In this document: positions 26,044 to 32,000 of the stretch, piece after piece
How the letters are laid out: each line of letters begins with the position of its first letter
Position numbering within the stretch: position 1 is the stretch's first letter
DNA from: Vibrio alginolyticus NBRC 15630 = ATCC 17749
GTDB lineage: Bacteria > Pseudomonadota > Gammaproteobacteria > Enterobacterales > Vibrionaceae
DNA: 32,000 nucleotides
NCBI RefSeq assembly: GCF_000354175.2
Contig: NC_022359.1
Span: 1,170,001 to 1,202,000, forward strand
Direction: 5' to 3'
Made by a program: the position numbers and the translations under genes
Notes under the pieces: model-generated
The model's input: only the letters and a program-made list of their open reading frames with translations
What the model was told of the DNA's origin: nothing
Database searches by the model: none

Positions 26044-26523
26044 TTAATGCAGAACTTCACTGCTGAATCTTAGATATCTACAGTCGTTCATCAGTTCTTT
26101 AAACGCCTTTCGGTCCAGCTTAATCAGAGTTTCATGATCGCCAGCTTCAAGGTAGACATGTTCCAAGTTTGCTAGTCTTTCATCGCAAACTGTCGACATG
26201 TGGTAAGGGCTACCAATCGGTGGAATAGCGCCGTGTTCACAATCGGTGAAGAGTCGGTAAACCATACGCTCTTTCACCAAGTGGAAGGTGGCATTAAATT
26301 CGTCGTTTAATCTCGACAAACTGATTTTGTTGTTGGCAGGTAAGACCGCCATCATATGACGCCCTTCATGATCCTCTAGAATCACACCTTTTGCGATATT
26401 CATTAAAGGCACACCTGCTGCAACACCACTTTGTAGCGAGCTATGACTGTGGCTGTGATTCACGGTTTGAAAGTGAATGTTATGCTCAGTCAAATATTCA
26501 TCTAATCGGGTTGCAATCGTCAT
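26044..26523 (-). CDS. YbaK/EbsC/ProX-like aminoacyl-tRNA deacylase domain protein
   Basis: 159 aa from ATG 26523, with GGAGG SD 6 nt upstream. MTIATRLDEYLTEHNIHFQTVNH...AKGVILED...HGAIPPIG is typical of the YbaK/ProRS-associated domain. The longer track ORF (to 26799) is an unsupported 5' extension. Confidence 0.7.
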   Translation of the reverse strand: MTIATRLDEYLTEHNIHFQTVNHSHSHSSLQSGVAAGVPLMNIAKGVILEDHEGRHMMAVLPANNKISLSRLNDEFNATFHLVKERMVYRLFTDCEHGAIPPIGSPYHMSTVCDERLANLEHVYLEAGDHETLIKLDRKAFKELMNDCRYLRFSSEVLH

Positions 26524-26679
26524 ATAGCCTCCACGTGTATGAGACCCATAAAAAGTATAGGTTAGTCGGGCGACAATCGCGCATTTTACTCGGCGACACT
26601 GACGCTCTTTACGCTCCTGTTCTACGCTTATTGCAAGCCAGCGAGAAAGCATGGTTAACAATAATAAATAGGGGGCAAC

Positions 26680-28221
26680 ATGAGCAAGCCAATCATCGCT
26701 GATAATAAGCCGATCAAAGTAGAGTTGAAAGCTGGGCAAGAATATTACTTCTGCCGATGTGGGCGTTCTAAAAATCAACCTTACTGCGATGGGTCTCATT
26801 CGGGAACCGGCTTAAAGCCAATGAGCTTTAGTGCGGAAAAAGACGAAGATGCCTATCTCTGCCAATGTAAGCATACTGCCAATGCTCCTTTTTGTGATGG
26901 TACACACAAGCGATTTACCGCAGAGCAAGTCGGTAAAGAGGGACCGGAACAAAAGCGAGAGAAAAGAGACAAACCAACGGCGTCTGCTACTCAAGAAGAA
27001 CCAACCCTCGAGTTTATCCACCAATTAGCGAGAGAAGGACTCTCTAAACTCGGTCATCATGGTCCGATGGCTGCAATGGGGGTTCCTAGGCATTTGCTAC
27101 CACATTGGGATGCTATACAAATCATGGTGGCGCAAATGGCGACACAACCGTTGTTGGAAGACGTTCCTGTGTCTACCGAGTTGATTGTGGGACCAAACGC
27201 GCGTAAGCCGCTCAGACTCGCCATTCCTTTGTTGGTGTCGGACATGAGTTTTGGCGCACTTTCTGAAGAGGCGAAAATTGCACTAGCAAAAGGTGCAGAG
27301 TTGGCAGGGACTGGGATTTGCTCTGGTGAGGGTGGCATGTTACCGGAAGAACAAGCCGCTAATTCACGGTATTTCTATGAGCTTGCTAGTGCTCAATTTG
27401 GCTACGACGAATCTAAGCTTCTTAATGTTCAGGCGTTTCACTTTAAAGGTGGGCAAGGAGCAAAAACGGGCACGGGTGGTCATCTGCCTGCAAATAAAAA
27501 TGTAGGTAAGATCTCTCAGGTGAGAGGCATCCCCGAGGGACAACCAGCGATATCACCACCAACGTTCAAAGATCTTCACACTACTCACGATTTCAGAAAG
27601 TTTGCTGACAGAGTTCGTGGCATCACAGGCGGCATTCCAATTGGATTTAAACTCAGTGCCAACCATATTGAGCAAGACATTCAGTTTGCGCTTGATGCTG
27701 GGGCTGATTACATCATCTTAGATGGTCGCGGTGGTGGCACGGGTGCGGCGCCAACTATGTTCCGTGACCATATTAGTGTGCCCACCATTCCTGCGTTAGC
27801 TCGTGCACGTAAGTACTTAGATGAAAAAGGTGCAAGTGACCGCGTCACATTAATCATCACCGGTGGGTTGCGAGTTCCTACGGATTTTGTCAAAGCGTTG
27901 GCACTTGGAGCAGACGGAGTAGCGATAGCAAACAGTGCGATGCAATCGATCGGTTGTGTCGCCGCTCGCATCTGCAACACCAATAATTGCCCGGCAGGCA
28001 TTGCGACACAAAATGCCGATTTGAGGCAGCGTCTCGACGTTGAAAAGTCATCCCAGCAACTGAAAAATTTCTTCGAATCCTCGGTCGAGCTCATGCAAGT
28101 TATGGCAAGGGCGTGTGGTCATCACGCTCTGAGTGAATTTAGTCATCATGATTTAGCTACCTGGGATCACAACATGGCGAGGCTGTCTGGGATTAAGTAT
28201 TCAGGTATGGACTTAAACTGA
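26680..28221 (+). CDS. Double-CDGSH iron-sulfur domain fused to a glutamate-synthase-type FMN oxidoreductase domain
   Basis: 513 aa. Two complete CDGSH motifs: CRCGRSKNQPYCDGSH (aa 25-40) and CQCKHTANAPFCDGTH (aa 61-76). A GltS FMN-domain core follows: MSFGALS, KGGQGAKTGTGGHLP, DGRGGGTGAAP, ITGGLR and CNTNNCPAGIATQ. Confidence 0.82.
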   Translation: MSKPIIADNKPIKVELKAGQEYYFCRCGRSKNQPYCDGSHSGTGLKPMSFSAEKDEDAYLCQCKHTANAPFCDGTHKRFTAEQVGKEGPEQKREKRDKPTASATQEEPTLEFIHQLAREGLSKLGHHGPMAAMGVPRHLLPHWDAIQIMVAQMATQPLLEDVPVSTELIVGPNARKPLRLAIPLLVSDMSFGALSEEAKIALAKGAELAGTGICSGEGGMLPEEQAANSRYFYELASAQFGYDESKLLNVQAFHFKGGQGAKTGTGGHLPANKNVGKISQVRGIPEGQPAISPPTFKDLHTTHDFRKFADRVRGITGGIPIGFKLSANHIEQDIQFALDAGADYIILDGRGGGTGAAPTMFRDHISVPTIPALARARKYLDEKGASDRVTLIITGGLRVPTDFVKALALGADGVAIANSAMQSIGCVAARICNTNNCPAGIATQNADLRQRLDVEKSSQQLKNFFESSVELMQVMARACGHHALSEFSHHDLATWDHNMARLSGIKYSGMDLN

Positions 28222-28361
28222 TCTCTATCCATATTTTCTACATATAGGTACATGTTTGATAACAATTATTTATTCGCTGAAATGTTTGAAATTTTGACTT
28301 GGCGTTAACTAAAAAACAGTGTATGAACTACGCTGTTTGAGGTGGATATTCGATTTATTGA

Positions 28362-30581
<2,220 letters not shown>

Positions 30582-30635
30582 GTGAAACGATGTTCATCGA
30601 TAGATGCGTAAACAAAGTTGATGAATAAGTAAGAG

Positions 30636-30662
30636 AGGCGGGCGAAAAGCTCGCCTTTTTCT
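30636..30662 (+). terminator. Rho-independent terminator of katG
   Basis: AGGCGGGC-GAAAA-GCTCGCCT (one G-T wobble) followed by TTTTTC. Confidence 0.7.
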
Positions 30663-30674
30663 TTACCTATCTTT

Positions 30675-30698
30675 TTACTTTGATTGTTACTTTGATTG
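30675..30698. repeat. Perfect 12-bp tandem direct repeat (TTACTTTGATTG x2) in the toxin-antitoxin promoter region
   Basis: Read directly from the sequence: 30675-30686 and 30687-30698 are identical. The pair lies 58 nt upstream of the antitoxin ATG and just after the katG terminator. Each unit contains a TTGATT -35-like hexamer. Confidence 0.9.
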
Positions 30699-30755
30699 AA
30701 AATTAAGCTCATTTGAACCATAATAACCGGACCATATGAACCACAGGAGCTTGAT

Positions 30756-31208
30756 ATGGCAACTGCAGCATTAAAAAGCTTCAAACCGAAACAACCTCAT
30801 AAAGCCAATTTCTGGTTTATGTTGGGTATTGAAGACGCTGAAACAGGTCGCACTGATGCGGTTCACAAAGGCTTTGAGCCAAAGGTGTATCGCAATATTG
30901 TTGAGCGTGTGAAGCTTTCTCAGAGTGAGTTTCAAAACGTCACATTGATACCTGTTAGCACGATCAAGCGTCGTCTAAAAAACGATGAGCGCTTCAATAC
31001 GCAAGAAAGTGATGCAATCTATCGATTAGCGATGTTATTGAAACTCGCGACAGAACTGTTTGACGACGAAGAGCGCGCGTTAAAATGGATGAGAGAGAAT
31101 GTGTATGGCTTAGGTGGAAAACGTCCACTTGATATGGTCTCGACCACGGTGGATTTTGAAATCGTAAAAGATTTGATCGGCCGTTTAGAGCACGGGGTAT
31201 TCTCGTAA
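30756..31208 (+). CDS. Xre-like antitoxin with C-terminal DUF2384 domain (ParS/MbcA family)
   Basis: 150 aa, SD AGGAG. ...ESDAIYRLAMLLKLATELFDDEERALKWMRENVYGLGGKRPLDMV... is the typical DUF2384 antitoxin signature. The stop lies 1 nt before the RES toxin ATG. Confidence 0.82.
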   Translation: MATAALKSFKPKQPHKANFWFMLGIEDAETGRTDAVHKGFEPKVYRNIVERVKLSQSEFQNVTLIPVSTIKRRLKNDERFNTQESDAIYRLAMLLKLATELFDDEERALKWMRENVYGLGGKRPLDMVSTTVDFEIVKDLIGRLEHGVFS

Positions 31209-31209
31209 T

Positions 31210-31680
31210 ATGAAGCTCTATCGTCTCACACAAAAGAAATTTGCTGACACGCCATTCAGCCCCGTTGGCGCAAAGTTATTTGGAGGGCGATGGAACTCAA
31301 AAGGAACCGAAGCCCTCTACTTCTCTGAATCGGAATCCCTTTGTTCGTTGGAAGTGTTTGTTCACGTAAACAACGATCCTGCTATCACCAAACTTTACGA
31401 TTTATATCGTATTGAAATGCCAGAATACCTCATCGCCACCTTAGATGAAGAAGATCTCCCTGTGACGTGGCGAGCAATACCGGCGAGCGAGTCTACGCAG
31501 TACATTGGTGATCAGTTTCTCAATGATCCTCATCCAGAGTTTGCCGCGCTGCAAGTGCCTTCAACGATTTCACCTCGTGATAAAAACTACGTGGTGAATC
31601 CAAATCATCCCAAAATGAAAGAGATCATCAAGAAAGCCGAAAAGCTCGATTTCGCGTTTGATCCGCGCATTTTCAAATAG
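31210..31680 (+). CDS. RES-domain toxin (ParT/MbcT family; NAD+-targeting or ADP-ribosylating enzyme)
   Basis: 156 aa. GGRWNSKGTEALYFSESESLCSLEV carries the conserved Arg, Glu and Ser of the RES domain. It is paired with the upstream Xre/DUF2384 gene. Confidence 0.85.
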   Translation: MKLYRLTQKKFADTPFSPVGAKLFGGRWNSKGTEALYFSESESLCSLEVFVHVNNDPAITKLYDLYRIEMPEYLIATLDEEDLPVTWRAIPASESTQYIGDQFLNDPHPEFAALQVPSTISPRDKNYVVNPNHPKMKEIIKKAEKLDFAFDPRIFK

Positions 31681-31759
31681 ACGCCTAGCTTTGTCTTGCT
31701 TTAAAGCATTCAGCGCTTACCTGAGATAAGCGCTGCAGCATAAAAGTTTATTTCCTTGG

Positions 31760-32000
31760 TTATTGTCGATCGTAAGTGAACTGTTGCGCTTCATTTGTAG
31801 TGTTGAGGTAATGCCCAAGCACCAACTCAGCACCTTTGTAAGATAAATGGCTGTCATCCGTATACATCGCATTGTTTGCTCCAACTCTCATTCGACATAC
31901 GCCATTTCTGCAAATGGCATCGGTCAAGTCGACAAACTCAACGTGCTCAAATTGCTCAAAGTAGTTCACTAACTTCGCCACGTTTTGAGGGTGATGTTGT
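31760..32000 (-). CDS. C-terminal part of an SGNH-hydrolase-domain protein (probably an OafA-like acyltransferase); the gene runs off the right edge
   Basis: The frame is open from the window edge (...QHHPQNVAKLVNYF...). The C-terminal YTDDSHLSYKGAELV resembles SGNH block V (DxxH). The track start (GTG 31981) is an artefact of truncation. Confidence 0.5.
   Translation of the reverse strand, partial: QHHPQNVAKLVNYFEQFEHVEFVDLTDAICRNGVCRMRVGANNAMYTDDSHLSYKGAELVLGHYLNTTNEAQQFTYDRQ

Noticed and set aside
26524-26799. N-terminal 92-codon extension of the YbaK-like ORF, which would overlap the start of the CDGSH fusion gene.
   Set aside because: The extension has no family resemblance. ATG 26523 has a GGAGG SD and gives the normal ~160-aa domain length. 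The overlap would occlude the divergent promoter region.
28257-28360. Possible Fur-box-like (GATAACAATTATTTATTCG) and OxyR-like (ATTCGATTTATTGAAT) sequences upstream of katG.
   Set aside because: The Fur comparison gives only about half the consensus positions, and the second is a weak 4+4 palindrome. Neither can be told apart from AT-rich background without a position-weight-matrix score.
30582-31760. Possibility that the toxin-antitoxin pair marks a mobile island or defence island.
   Set aside because: The window holds no integrase, transposase, tRNA attachment site or flanking direct repeats. The neighbours (katG, an acyltransferase-like gene) look like ordinary chromosomal genes.

Overview
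This is a Vibrionaceae-type chromosomal segment. I infer the taxon from CqsA/CqsS, a Qrr small RNA, an MSHA-type pilin and the general gene content. It is densely coding, with about 30 genes. I saw no rRNA or tRNA, no CRISPR array and no transposase or integrase.

Gene order, left to right:
- Edge-truncated HAD hydrolase.
- CAI-1 quorum-sensing pair cqsS/cqsA, tail-to-tail with a shared hairpin terminator.
- ylqF/rbgA GTPase.
- Tightly coupled four-gene signalling operon: BvgS/RocS1-like hybrid kinase with two periplasmic solute-binding modules, then a REC-EAL phosphodiesterase, then a BvgA/RocA1-like REC-HTH regulator, then a membrane sensor GGDEF cyclase.
- LysR regulator, then a second, paralogous BvgA-like regulator.
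- About 670 bp of non-coding DNA with a sigma-28-like promoter, then cheV.
- Orphan MSHA-like type IV pilin.
- Membrane genes: TSUP/TauE, rarD, and a yecN-like MAPEG gene with a coupled unknown partner.
- Qrr small RNA with a sigma-54 promoter and LuxO boxes, invisible to the ORF track.
- EEP-family lipoprotein.
- Guanidine-II (mini-ykkC) riboswitch in front of gdx/sugE.
- EamA transporter, NUDIX, GNAT, aldehyde dehydrogenase and a YbaK-like deacylase.
- Fusion of two CDGSH motifs to a glutamate-synthase FMN domain, then katG.
- RES-Xre toxin-antitoxin pair with a perfect tandem-repeat operator candidate.
- Edge-truncated SGNH/acyltransferase-type gene.

The best follow-up targets are the Roc/Bvg-like operon, which places a c-di-GMP phosphodiesterase, a transcription factor and a cyclase behind one sensor kinase, and the RNA elements (Qrr, guanidine-II). 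All calls come from reading motifs by eye. No database search or computation was run.
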